From: Leucoraja erinacea
Lineage: Eukaryota
DNA length: 64,000 nt
Assembly (NCBI RefSeq): GCF_028641065.1
Contig: NC_073390.1
Coordinates: 47,616,001 to 47,680,000, forward strand
Reading direction: 5' to 3'
The notes under the pieces: generated by a model
Database searches by the model: none
Told to the model about the DNA's origin: nothing
The model's input: only the letters and a program-made list of their open reading frames with translations
Part shown: piece by piece, positions 41,001-51,735 of the stretch
How positions within the stretch are numbered: position 1 is the first letter of the stretch
Layout of the letters: every line of letters starts with the position of its first letter
Translations under genes and position numbers: made by a program

Positions 41001-44000
41001 CACAAGCATGCCAAAATGGACATTGTCTGAAATTAATTTTGCCAAATGTAGCGCACAACTAGAGTTATTCAGCCAACTTAAAAGCCTGCATGTTTTATTT
41101 GCTATATTTTAATAGACTTGTTCGTTTTCACATTGCCATCGAGCTGCTGGAACATCGCAGGAGTTTCCATCTTGTAGTCCTAGACATCTTTCTGATTATT
41201 GATTCTGCTTTGGCCATTTACCCAAAGAGCACCAATTTGCAAAGTTGGGTGCAAAAATAAATATTAAATTCTTAGACGAAAATACAAATAACAGCAACAG
41301 AACACAAGTGCCTGGGATAAAGACGCCAATTAAAATATTTCATGCATGGCCCCTCATTGAATTTTGTAAACTCAGAACATGCCTGTGCCAATTGCACCAA
41401 CATACTGAATTAGATAAAAGAAAAGGGCACACATCAGGCAAACCAGACTACAAACCATGTATCAAAAGTTAGAATTTTCAGAACCAGTGCGTCAGAACAA
41501 AATGTAAATTGTCAATGGTAACCTCAAGTCATAGAATCTACAGCTGTGAAATTGGTAGTCAAAGTAGCCAAGTACACTTCATGGTCCATAGCTCTTAACA
41601 GTGGACACAATAAATGAGAGTAGTCTGAACAGTGAGTCACAAAAAAATCAGTTTGAAGAAGGGCCCTGAAATGTCGTCTATCCATGTCCTACAGAGATCC
41701 TGCTTGACCCCCCCCTAAGTTACTCCAACAATCCATTTTATTCTAGAGGAGGCTACAATCTTTATCTGTACTTTACAATGAAATTAATGCCCAAAATGGA
41801 CAATGGTCGAACCCTGCAGTCTCAATATTGCCCTCCCACTGGGGTCAAAGTCAGTCCAACTGTAATGTTGAAACGGTCTTCCAAAGCCATTTCATTCTAA
41901 AAAAAAAAAAAAGCAAATTGGCATAATTTTGCAGCATATCTTGACAGAGCGATGTTGACGTAAAAACACACTAAGAAAACGATGTAGTTTGTAAACAAGC
42001 AGAAACACAATGACAAAAAAAAAAAAGCAGGCCACAGGGTTGCAGAACAAATGCACTAGACATTACCAAACCTATGATAATTACACACAAAATGTACTAA
42101 ATCACTACTTTCGTGAGAAAAAAAAAATGTTTGCTCTCCGGAGTGTCAGAGGAATACTGCAGGTAATAATAGAAACCTATAGAGAAAAACTCCAAATAAT
42201 AAACATTTGTTGCCAGTTAAGAAACTGATTAATGATCCACAGGAGCTTCACACCATCTGGACACAGCTGCCCAGTTGATAGGCACTCCATCTGTACCAAT
42301 TCACTCACTCCACCACTGATGCAAAGTAGTAGCAGTTTACACCATTTACAAAATGAACTACAGCAACTCACCAAGACTTCTTTGATATCATCTTCCAAAC
42401 CAAAGATCTCAACCAGTTAGAAGGACAAGGACAGCAAAGGCACGGGAAAACCATCACCTGAAGTCTGCTCTTTAAGCCACACCACACCAACCTGGAAATA
42501 TATCATTGTCCCTCACTGTCACTAGATCAAAATCCAGGAAAATTCTCCTTAGCAGAATAGTGGGCATACCCACACCTCAAGGATCTCAGCAGTTCAAGAC
42601 ACTCGCCATTACCTTCAGGGGTAAATAAAAGTTGACAGCCTGCGAAACCTACATCCTTTGAATGAACATAAATAAAAGCAAAACATCAGTACAGCGCCTC
42701 AGCTGACCAGCATAAAATTGGGGCAGCCCCCAAGGTGGAATGTGCAAAGGAAATGTGCGTATGTTATTTACAGAGTGGTAGGTTGCTGGAACATTTACAA
42801 AGGGTGGTAGTGGAAGTACATATGATAGTGTTTTTGAGGAGTTTTTAGATAACGCATGTGACTAGGTAGGGAATGGAGGGAAATGGATCACGTCCAGACA
42901 GAACGGATTATTTTAATTTGTTCAGCATATATCATATGGGCCGATTCGTGTGCTTTACTGCTGTATTCGGTCTTTTTCTGCTGAATGTTTTATGAACAAA
43001 GAACTATTTTATTAACCATAGCAGCTAAAATCAAGTCATCAATGCAAATTTTGACAATGTTTACTAAATAAAAAGTCAGAACGCAAAAAATAACCACATG
43101 AATCATGCAAACTCCAATCAGGGTGGGTTTAATCAATGAAACTTTACATTTACCCTATAGCTTCAAAAGTGAGAACGCTCACCTGGTATAGGTCTTGCTG
43201 GCTGTTCGGCATTGAATATTATTGTTAGCCTAACGCTAATAAACACAAACTGTTTGAATGCCCTTGCTTAAATAGTGCTAAATGTTTAGAGACCTGTGGC
43301 CAGCGACAATATGGTTGCACCTATACAGAAAAAGACCTCAGGCAATGCGATCGTCAATAACAACACAGGTATTCGGCATTAAAACTGCAACTACAATTGA
43401 GTAGCTGTGGAGCCACTTTTATCGTTTTGCCATTCAATTAGGGTAATTTTGAAATTTGCACAAAATAAATTTCCTAAATCAGAAACTACAGCTGTTCAAC
43501 TACTGTACTGTGTTCAAAGTTTCTACTCAGTATTAACAACTTTCATCTTAATTTAAGAATTTGAAAGGAGAATTTACTACTGAAGTATAACCTAAAACGC
43601 AGATTGGATTCAGTGAGTTCGACTTTCCTTCCCTCCTTAGCACTGGGGAAACATGCCTAGCTTCTTCCAATGCAAACACTGAAAACTCCGTGACCGTCAT
43701 ACCAACAAGCCTACTAGCCAGCCAACCCGGCACCAGGTAGAAGGTAAAGAAATGGTGCATCCTTAGATAAGGATGGATGTCTTCTTTCAGAGCCCAAATG
43801 TTGATTAAAATCAGTAAGCAATTTATCCAAGCACATAGTAGAGAAATGTTCATTTGCCTTTAAAGTGTTCAAAGCCCTTAACTTCGAAATCTTCCCCCTG
43901 CATTGTGACCATTTCAACAAAAAAGATAATAAGGGGAGGATGAAGTTTACTTTAAGCCATCAAATCTTTTTACTGGTAAGTTTTAGTTAAGTCAGTTGAT

Positions 44001-47000
44001 GAAATTTAAATTGCTTTTTATTTGGTGATGTTTCTTGTCTTGATTGTGATGAAACAAACAGATTGCAATCAAAGCCAATTGAATGAAATTAATCCAAGAT
44101 TTTCTCGATCCAAGTTTCCCTTTGTCTTCTATTTCACTTCAATTGTGATGGCCTCAAACCTTACAGCAGGGCCCCCATTTAATACAACCTTTACTCCCAT
44201 ATTTTAACCACCAAATGGAGACCCACAAACATATCTTGATTGATTTTCCTCACCCCCCCCCCTTAAAGATCAGAGGTAACGGTTTTTTAATTTTTAGGCG
44301 TCAATTCTCAAACTGCTTTTATTATTTTGAGAATATAAGATGGAATGTATGCACAAATATTACAAAAAGCAGAACTCAACTTTTTGCAATATTTGTGCAT
44401 ACATTCCATCTTATTAATATTTTCAAAATAATAAAAGCAGTTTGAAAAATGACATCTGAAAATTTTAGACATTAAATAATAATCATATCCCATCAGTACC
44501 CTTGCTCAATTTGTACTGTTCATGTTTTGTACAATTCACGATATACAATTTGAGTCTGGCAAAATAAATTACACAGTACTACAATAAACAGAAAATGCTA
44601 AAACACCGCCTGACAGCATCACATGAAAAGGTCATAAATCTGAAAGTTTCTCTCAACAGATGCTGGCTGACCAGTTGAGTATTTCCAGGGGTGTGTTTAA
44701 TTTCAGATTTCCATCGTCTGCGTTTTTTTTCATCATTTACTCAATCACTTGTTAAAATATTCCCATTTTTATAGCTCTACTGGTCATAACCATTTATTTT
44801 CTCATGTCTCAAATCATACAAAAATCAACTTTAATAATGTTTGGGTAGTGGCCTAGGCTGTGGAACAACGCGTCTTTCCTCGATAGTAGGTGGACAGCAT
44901 TCTCTTGCTTAAAAATCAATCCTGTTTAAGAAGGAACCGCAGATGCTGGAAAATCGAAGGCAGACAAAAGTGCTGGAGAAACTCAGCGCGTGCAGCAGCA
45001 TCTATGGAGCGAAGGAAATAGGCAACGTTTCGGGCCGAAACCCTTCTTCAGTCTGAAGAAGGGTTTCGGCCCGAAACGTTGCCTATTTCCTTTGCTCCAT
45101 AGATGCTGCTGCACCCGCTGAGTTTCTCCAGAGCTTTTGTCTACCTAAAAATCAATCCAGTTGGATGCAGACATATTGTAGTCAGAAGTCAATGGATGAA
45201 TATAAGCCTGTTTTGCCAATCAGACTGATCTGTTTTCTAAAGCTATTTTCACACGAATTCCATGTTACTTACCTTCATCTGATATCTTTTAATACCCGTG
45301 ATTTAACAAAAATCTATTAATCTCGATTTGAAACTAACCTTGCCTTCATTTCTTGTTTGCGGAAGAATAAAGATACTGCCTCCGTCTCCAATGTAGACGC
45401 GTTTCCTAACTTAATTCCTGAAAAGAACTCTAACTAAAACATCATTCCTAGACTTGACTTATCTCCACCTACCATTTTGATTCGTCCAAACCATCTAAAT
45501 TCCTGAGATCACAAGTCACCATTATTAAATCTTTGTAACTTAATCCTGGTAAAGATCAGGTATCAAACTGGTCAACCAATGCTCTATCCCAAGCATGTCC
45601 AAGATGTTCTTCTTAAAGTTCAATGGGCCGAATTGCTCACTTTCCAGTCAAAGCTTCTCCAGCTAAACAAATTATTCTCCTCAGTTACTGCAATTCCACC
45701 TTTGGTATACTTTCTGTTTATATCATCCAAGTCCATAATGTATATAGTAAACTGTGTCAGCCTACATCACTAGTCACATATCACCAGATACTTGTTCAGT
45801 ATTCAGATTTTTCTGTCCTTGGCTATTTCCTTAGCAAAATAATGTAAGTGCCTTTATAATCAATAAACTCATGTGCAGCTACCAGTCTCTTGTGAAAGAT
45901 CTTAACAAATTTACTGTGCAAGCCCCCTTTATCCATCATCTTTTAAAAACAACGTGTTTTATCAGACATCACTGATTCTCTCCAAATCAACACTAGCTTA
46001 AATTGAGCAGCTAGGAAAAAAAAAATCCCTCTCATTATCTCCTTAATCAGTCTATTAATATTCCATGCCCATGTCCATAATTCCTTGGTTTTTGTCTTTC
46101 ACTATTATAACATAACAGAGTGAATCATTAAACTTTTTAATTTAAAATAACAGTTACTGAAGTCAGATCACTTGAGCTTTAAAACTAGGTTTTTTTAGTT
46201 TTGTTTTGTTCAAAATCTTAATTTGAAAGCCAATAAATCATTTGGGTCTGTTGCTCTTTGGTACATGATATTCTCACTATTACTTTGGTTATAGAATTTT
46301 CCCCAGTTCAAATTCAGGTTTTGTTCCAGGCCTAGAAGACACTTTTTCCCACAAATATTACGGCTAAATTATCATTCAACATGCCAGCTATTTATTTTCA
46401 AGTAAGAAGCTGTATTTCCTTCATCTATTTTCACATTGCTGCCCACATAGTTTTTCACTATAGTTAAAGACAGTGTTGATGTAGATCTTCCTTGCATATC
46501 TCCTTAAATACCCATTTTGCAGATCTGTTTTTCATCAATCACTTGCTGTTCTTTGCATTTCTCCTAAATATTAGGACATGCAGTAGTTTTCTCTACATCA
46601 GGGACAATTTTAACCTAACTGATGCTGGTTTTAGGCCTGACTGTTTTGACTTTCCATTACGGAAGAGAACAATATAATGCATGTGTAAGGCTGACATTTC
46701 GACCATTTTGTGGCTCAGTTCAATTAAGCACTGTCACTTCCAATCAACCTTGAGGCTATTAACATTATCTCTAATGATCACAGGTAAGGTATGAACATCA
46801 AACTATCTGCAATAAGTAATTAACATGTACATCTCTCCCTCGGCTTTCAGATTCAATTTTAAGACCAGATACAAATCTGTTTGTTAGTATACAATTATAT
46901 TTCTCTGCAGTTGTAATTTCAGTACTTGATCACAATTTTTTCTAAAAATTTACAAAATGGGATTCTTCCATCCACTATACAAAGCAAATTAGCAATGCTT

Positions 47001-50000
47001 GTATAAACAACCCTACTAGATATAAAGTAAGACTGATGGAATCCGGGAGGCGCTACAGGTCTCTCCGTTGCTGAACCAGCAGGTCGAGGAACAGCTTCTT
47101 TCCGGCGGCTGTCACTCTACTCAACAACGTACCTCGGTGACTGCCAATCAGCGCCCGGGTCTCTGGCGCTGAGAGGCAGACGTTCTACTGCTGCACCACA
47201 GTGTTGCCCTAAAGTTTTGATATACTTAAGGACTGCCAATCACCACCCCCCCCCGGACACTTATTATTTTTTATTCAAATCGTTTGCTATGTCGCTCGTC
47301 AAGAGAGATGCTAAATGCATTTTGTTGTCTCTGTACTGTACACTGACAATGACAATTAAAATTGAATCTGAATCTGAATGAAGGCAGTAAAGTAAAATAT
47401 GACAATTGTATCAGATAAACCTGCAACTGAAGTGCTTAAAAGGTTATACATTGAACCATTAAAATATTAAAAACTCTTCACATCTATTCCTGTTCATTTA
47501 ATAAGGTTAGTGACAACACTGTTGAACAAGGTGCAATTTTCACTACTCTTGTTAACTAATCCTGGGTCAATGTTCAGTTCACAAAATTATGATGGACGCA
47601 ATGTTAAGTTTTGTTTGTCTTTAATATTCCGTTGGAAATACAATGGACTTTTTTGAAAGAAACATTTCAGCAAGCAGTGCACACAAATTTTGCTCCACAC
47701 AAACTAAATGGACTTCCTCCAACAGCAAACATTTCATTGTTAACATGGAAAAAATGGAATGAATCTCTTCAAATACATTTTTGGTGGCGACCAAACCATG
47801 TCACGCTGCAGCAGCACAAGTAATATTGGCGTTTTTTGGTTTGATTATTACCACGCCAATATTTACGTGCTGCTAAAGCGTAACTGGCATTTCATTTATG
47901 TGTGTCCCCAAAGATTTCTTGGATTATGTAGGAAATGTTGTTAACCAAAGCAATACATTGCATTGGAAATCATTTTGTTTCTGGTTTAACCATAAATCAC
48001 TAAAGCAGCAAATAATGGTTTGAGTTATGAAAGCAGCCCTGCAAACCATGATGTGCTGCTACAGCAATTTAAGGGCACAAGGAAAACATTTCACAATCTT
48101 TATTTCTTCAATGTGCATTGTGTTTTCATTTGAAAGAACACTTTAATTGCAAGTAAATACAGTTCAAGGTAATCTGAAAAGACCTACCTGAAGAATCAAA
48201 AATCTGTTGTGATCCAGATCGATTCCATGACTGCGAAGCAATATTCCTACATCTTTAAATGTCGATTTCTTTCCATTAATATGGTAAACAGAAGAATTGT
48301 CCTTGTAGGCAGTTCTTGAGACGTAGAATTTGCTATTTGGAATAACTTCAAAATCATCACCCTCCTTTCATTAAAAGCAGTTTTGAAAAAAAAAGTTTAA
48401 TAACTCAAAGCTGCAGCATATGGCATATTCAACAATTATGTTTTCTGTTAGCAGTGCAAAAGCCAACTACAAGACAATCACCTTTCAATTACATCGGATT
48501 AATAAAGGACAATAGAATGGAACAATCATTCGAGTGCTTAAATATAGATTTTAGAAATTAAATGTTAAAATTATTGGTCATACAACTTACTCAGCACATC
48601 TGTCATCTAGCAATGTCCAAAAGCAAGTATTGTGTGCTTAATGCAGCTAATTTTAAACAGCGAAACACCAAATCTCCTCCAATTTTTTATTTTACAAGGG
48701 GGAAAAATTCACCCTCAACTGTCATTTTCACTGCATTAAATATCTATTTGTTAGTTATATTATGAAATCACAGATTTAGTTAAAATATTGGTATGCGGGT
48801 ATAACAATTTAAAAGAAAGTTTTTTGGCAAGAAATTTGTTAAAATTTCTGACCTTTGTTTGCATTGTCCATTGACTAGTCAATTGATTGAAAAATCTGGA
48901 ATGTGATTAGCTGGTTTATTTGAAAAATTCATTTCTCTTAGCAGACATTATAGATGCCTGCTGTACTTAAATGAGCACAAGTAAAAAAAAATGTTTTATT
49001 GCTTACAGTAACATTTCACTTGTGCCAATTGAAAACAGAAAAACAAAGCAAATTAAGAGATTCAACAATTTATCCTTGCTTAAAAAGCCAGGACAATTAG
49101 TTAATTACCTACTTCATCTTCCACTAATTTACAAGAACCCAACCACAGAAAATTAAAAAGTGAAGTGATCTTAGTTAAAAATGTACTGTGCTTCAACTTT
49201 TAAACAGCATAAATGAAAATAAGTTTGAAATTAACAATTTTTAGCTTCTTTTAAAAAATTGACAATTACCTTATCTATGATCTTTTGAAAGTGAACTTCA
49301 ACAGTACAGCTCTGAATGTCTTTGTGTTCATCGGAATGGTGAATGAGTACAGACAATTTTTTGGAGCGAATTTTTTGGGCCCTGTACCCAAAAACAAACA
49401 GCATTGAATCAATCACATTTGATTTCCCACTCCCATTTGGTCCAATAATACAAGAAAATCTCTGCAAAGAAAAAAAAGTAACAGAAAATTGTAGATTTTA
49501 CATGTAATTTTTCATAACTATTATTAATGTTGAGCATGTTCAGTGGGCATAGCATGTGATGTACTCTACTGCCAGCCGTCCACTCACACAATTAGCTTGA
49601 AATTATTTCCCTTTCACAGCAAAGATATTAAATATTATTTATTTCATTTTTTTGGTAAAAGAAATTCAATAAAAAATCCAAAAAAAAAATCACAGGACAC
49701 CGTATCTTAAATTCACATCAATTCTAAATTTAGGGGAACTGATCAAGCATTTTGTAGTTTCACATCTCCACCCAAAATGTTTCACAACCTATAGTTTCTC
49801 AGCCACAGGTTAAAAAAATGAAAAAGATATTTCTTAAGATGAACTCACAGAATAATAGACAATAGGTGCATAAGTAGGCTATTCGGCCCTTCGATACATA
49901 TTTATTTTTATTTTACCTTGTGAAAAGGACCCAGAATTTGTTCTTGAGCATACGATTTGAAATTTTGATTCACTATATGTGTAATCATGAGACGAGGAGC

Positions 50001-51735
50001 TCCAGGTTCATTGGTCATTGCTGGGGGTGGAGGAGGAGAAATGCCAGCTAAAATTTCTTCCAGGCTTTGATTATTTATTGGTTCAACTGCAGCGTCTAAG
50101 ACAGCATCTAAATTGAAAAAAACAAAACAAATACTATTCTGTCAAGGAAAAAGAACCATAACATTTCATTTAGCATCAGCTTTGCACTTCATTGTTTTAA
50201 AGGAAACCACTGCAGAGTTCCTAAAACATTAAGAATTGTTTTATTTTATTTAATAGTCAATTACAGCAGCTACTATTGTCCGAAGAAAAGGGAATTATAG
50301 TTTAAAGATTGTATAGTTTAAAGATTTACTTCTGACAAAATAGCAAGCACCAAATGTAAATTGCTACTTCAGAAAAATTAAATCAAAAAGTTTAAATAAT
50401 ATTTTTGCCTAAAAATCTCTCACGCCAATCTCACTAAAATCATTACTGTGGATGATAGGTTTGAAAGGTGAAACAAAGGATAACTTAAAAAAAAGATCAA
50501 CAAACTATCTTAAGTATATGGTCAAAACTCTCTTCGATTTTGGTGAAAGAGTGGGGGGGAGGGGGTGGTGAAGAGGGGAAGAAGGTGGGGTAGGATCTGT
50601 GAACGATGTTTTACATCTGCATTTAAATCCATCTCATTGTACAATTATCAAACTGTCAGAAGACATATGACAAGAACTTTTGTATTCATTTGAAAATCTG
50701 AATATAAAATATACGACAGGTCAATAATAGTTAGTAACTGTCCAACTTGCACTAGTTTAGTGCTGCTATTGAATCTTGTACGTTTGCCAAATACTCGCTG
50801 AGTAGCTGCAACGATCTACCAAAACGAATTTAAAACCAACTGCTGACATTGAAACGTTAAAAAAACATTAAAAAATCAAGCATATAAGGTATCCCTCCTT
50901 TTAATTTGTAAAATCTTCCACATAATCTTCAACTCCCGAACGCAGTTTTGTATTCTAGTCTACAGAAAGTCAACCCCTCCCCCACAATTAATGTACTGTA
51001 CAACTAGCGCAAAGGAAAAAAGGCACACAATGAAAAGCAAACTCTAACCCCTTAGCGCAGCAGTCTACGGGAAGGGGGGTGGGGGAGAAGAGAACTGTCA
51101 AATAAAAGTCATTCATTGCACAATTTGGAAAAGGAATAAATCATCATCAGGGTAAACCTCGATTATTACAACGCATACGTCTATGTTGAATACCGTCAAA
51201 AAAGGCAGCTGAAACTTTCCAGGAACAAGTAATTATTTCCAATGGTGAATGATATTATTAAGTTAAATTAACATCACAAACTTAAGTTGACGACGGCTGT
51301 TTATCTCGTTCTACATGAATGAGCTATATCGATTAGAACCAAATAAACATAGATCGAGTCCATTTACAGTACGATACCAAATTCCTTCAAAGAAAAAATA
51401 AATGGAATCGGCAACCTGTTTAACAATCTTTCCGGCGGTAGATCACAATTTTCAAACAATTATAAGACAACGATAACCGCAAACTTTAGTTGATTTAAAA
51501 TATTCCAAGAAGTGAAATCCGTTCTTTTGAACAACGAATGACTTGCATACACAAAAAATATCCCGCATAAACGAAGAAATTGAACTCATGTACCTATTCT
51601 AACTTCATCTACATTTGATGTGGTTGCCTTTTGTTGGATATCCATTCCGTTGTCAGACGCATCCAAGGGCTCTGGTCCCTCCGGAGCAAGTTTTGCGTTT
51701 TGCTTTGCTGTGGAATATTTCAATTTGGCAGGCAT
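19872..51735 (-). CDS. SMC4: Structural maintenance of chromosomes 4 (condensin ATPase); 23 coding exons, 3897 nt, about 1298 aa
   Basis: Walker A GPNGSGKS, hinge GIHGRLGDLGAID, signature ISGGEK, Walker B/D-loop YFMDEIDAALD; all introns GT-AG with matching phases. Confidence 0.97.
21296..21479 (-). CDS. SMC4: SMC4 exon (signature motif and Walker B)
   Basis: VRPPKKSWKKIFNISGGEKTLSSLAL...MDEIDAALDFRNVSIVAHYIY|gtaagt. Confidence 0.95.
21800..22660 (+). mobile_element. Rex1/L2-like LINE 3' part in SMC4 intron
   Basis: IIKFANDTTVVG, WCQHNNLALNTSKSKELIVDF, KKAHQRLYFLR, FRNSFFPTAIRLLN; tail gacaataaactctcttgac. Confidence 0.88.
22966..23198 (-). CDS. SMC4: SMC4 exon
   Basis: EELYLQRVGELDEIT...LTLGGDAELELVDSLDPFSEGILF|gtagg. 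Confidence 0.95.
23281..23460 (-). CDS. SMC4: SMC4 exon
   Basis: ISKLSLHP...MKPNLGSIAAYKKK|gtacg. Confidence 0.92.
24111..24284 (-). CDS. SMC4: SMC4 exon
   Basis: EHLTTVTDE...EHQSKIKFWQKE|gtaag. Confidence 0.92.
24660..24743. repeat. Perfect 42-bp tandem duplication
   Basis: gtacttagtccatatttctctagacctttcctctgtaacaac x2. Confidence 0.95.
24755..24899 (-). CDS. SMC4: SMC4 exon
   Basis: NFKKAEESVKRIGEEIEEN...ESTEAQ|gtac. Confidence 0.92.
26790..26979 (-). CDS. SMC4: SMC4 exon
   Basis: YEKAAAKAGKIEAEVKRLH...ITKAQVAIKTAG|gtaagt. Confidence 0.93.
27200..27326 (-). CDS. SMC4: SMC4 exon
   Basis: GLTEQEAHLTIQVKDFEANV...DTYKK|gttag. Confidence 0.9.
27580..27865. mobile_element. Penelope terminal fragment with fold-back poly-G/poly-C arms
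   Basis: cagactgatgtc(G)n ... (C)ngatatcagtctg. Confidence 0.7.
28016..28168 (-). CDS. SMC4: SMC4 exon
   Basis: MEKMEAKLQKD...LEKYTASIQ|gtttgt. Confidence 0.9.
28435..28514 (-). CDS. SMC4: SMC4 exon (hinge end)
   Basis: TMTGGGRKIMKGRMGSSLVVETTPEE|gtaagt. Confidence 0.93.
29005..29228 (+). mobile_element. CR1 LINE 3' fragment
   Basis: cagagagttgtgagtctgtggaattctctgcc...ggcctactcctgcacctattgtc. Confidence 0.85.
29966..30191 (-). CDS. SMC4: SMC4 exon (hinge)
   Basis: MKVWERS..TPENIPRLFDLVK..AFYFALRDTLVA..RWRVVTLQGQIIEQS|gtatgt. Confidence 0.95.
30272..30433 (-). CDS. SMC4: SMC4 exon (hinge)
   Basis: GDLGAIDEKYDVAISSCC...GVATFIALDK|gtac. Confidence 0.95.
30537..30722 (-). CDS. SMC4: SMC4 exon
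   Basis: DEKELEKL...QKVEEAKSSL..RSRGRVLEAL..GIHGRL|gtaaga. Confidence 0.94.
32024..32257 (-). CDS. SMC4: SMC4 exon
   Basis: VNEKELMELSKAVNGARSKMDVAQSELDIYLSRH...QELHK|gttaga. Confidence 0.94.
32657..32821 (-). CDS. SMC4: SMC4 exon
   Basis: LDDLKNVP...VMESLKQETRGLQEEKE|gtataa. Confidence 0.92.
33000..33914 (+). mobile_element. Non-autonomous Helitron-like element
   Basis: A|TCTCTATAATATTAAAAG 5' end, ...cttggtCTAG|T 3' end, no TSD; internal GC-rich coding-like segment and purine-rich tract. Confidence 0.7.
34795..35230 (+). mobile_element. L1/Tx1-type LINE 3' fragment
   Basis: Translates EQWLEIVRDIFNMEKLTYSLRVKENSFEKIWEKW (L1 ORF2 C-terminal pattern), followed by a T-rich UTR, AATAAA and an A-rich tail. 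Confidence 0.7.
36308..36582 (+). mobile_element. tRNA-derived V-SINE (HE1-like)
   Basis: ggtggcacagcagtagag A-box, ggtttgatcc B-box, ggtttcctc..acattccaaaga V-domain-like core, CR1-like tail ggccaaaggcccgtttcc. Confidence 0.75.
36780..36930 (-). CDS. SMC4: SMC4 exon
   Basis: KMGKITTYIEE...DLQDVKVQEKLKH...QKDAEK|gtaaag. Confidence 0.93.
37537..37760. mobile_element. MITE-like element with terminal inverted repeats
   Basis: tcctcgccagcttacga at the left vs tcataacctggcgagga at the right. Confidence 0.6.
38034..38174 (-). CDS. SMC4: SMC4 exon
   Basis: HEVQRGIADMGEQKQKIHEDT...LKQFE|gtaagt. Confidence 0.9.
38438..38565 (-). CDS. SMC4: SMC4 exon
   Basis: LNRVKIVEKEKDALEGEKN...LRYY|gtatgt. Confidence 0.93.
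40178..40342 (-). CDS. SMC4: SMC4 exon (Q-loop region)
   Basis: GEVEQIAMMKPK..DEGMLEYLEDIIG..NEQRGEK|gtac. Confidence 0.95.
40755..40960 (+). mobile_element. LINE 3' tail with (AATCTG)n end
   Basis: Near-identical to 47087..47380. Confidence 0.8.
44296..44456. repeat. Long AT-rich inverted repeat (MITE-like hairpin)
   Basis: caaactgcttttattattttga..taagatggaatgtatgcacaaatatt / aatatttgtgcatacattccatctta..tcaaaataataaaagcagtttg. Confidence 0.85.
44927..45145. mobile_element. Palindromic Penelope-derived mini-element with 17-bp TSD
   Basis: 94-bp inverted arms 44958..45051 and 45053..45146; TSD taaaaatcaatcc(t/a)gtt at 44910..44926 and 45146..45162. Confidence 0.88.
47087..47380 (+). mobile_element. 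LINE 3' tail interrupted by an antisense SINE head
   Basis: Same sequence as 40755..40960, with an insert at ~47150..47230 flanked by a repeated gactgccaatca. Confidence 0.7.
47796..47887 (-). ncRNA. MIR16-2: pre-miR-16-2; mature 5p at 47854..47875
   Basis: Minus strand reads TAGCAGCACGTAAATATTGGCG (exact miR-16-5p), with a complementary arm CCAATATTACTTGTGCTGCTGCA and a basal stem; intronic in SMC4, same strand. Confidence 0.96.
47990..48074 (-). ncRNA. MIR15B: pre-miR-15b; mature 5p at 48040..48061
   Basis: Minus strand TAGCAGCACATCATGGTTTGCA; 3p arm CAAACCATTATTTGCTGCTTTA at 48001..48022; basal stem pairs. Confidence 0.96.
48188..48364 (-). CDS. SMC4: SMC4 exon
   Basis: EGDDFEVIPNS..VSRTAYKDNSS..HGIDLDHNRFLILQ|gtagg. 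Confidence 0.95.
49270..49461 (-). CDS. SMC4: SMC4 exon (Walker A)
   Basis: RFSCIIGPNGSGKSNVIDSMLFVFGYRA...HFQKIIDK|gtaatt. Confidence 0.96.
49917..50107 (-). CDS. SMC4: SMC4 exon
   Basis: SLEEILAGISPPPPPAMTNEPGAPRLMITHIVNQNFKSYA..LGPFHK|gtaaaa. Confidence 0.95.
51594..51735 (-). CDS. SMC4: SMC4 first coding exon
   Basis: ctag|gttataccATG (acceptor at 51743), MPAKLKYSTAK...; phase-1 donor G|gtacat matches the next exon. Confidence 0.82.
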
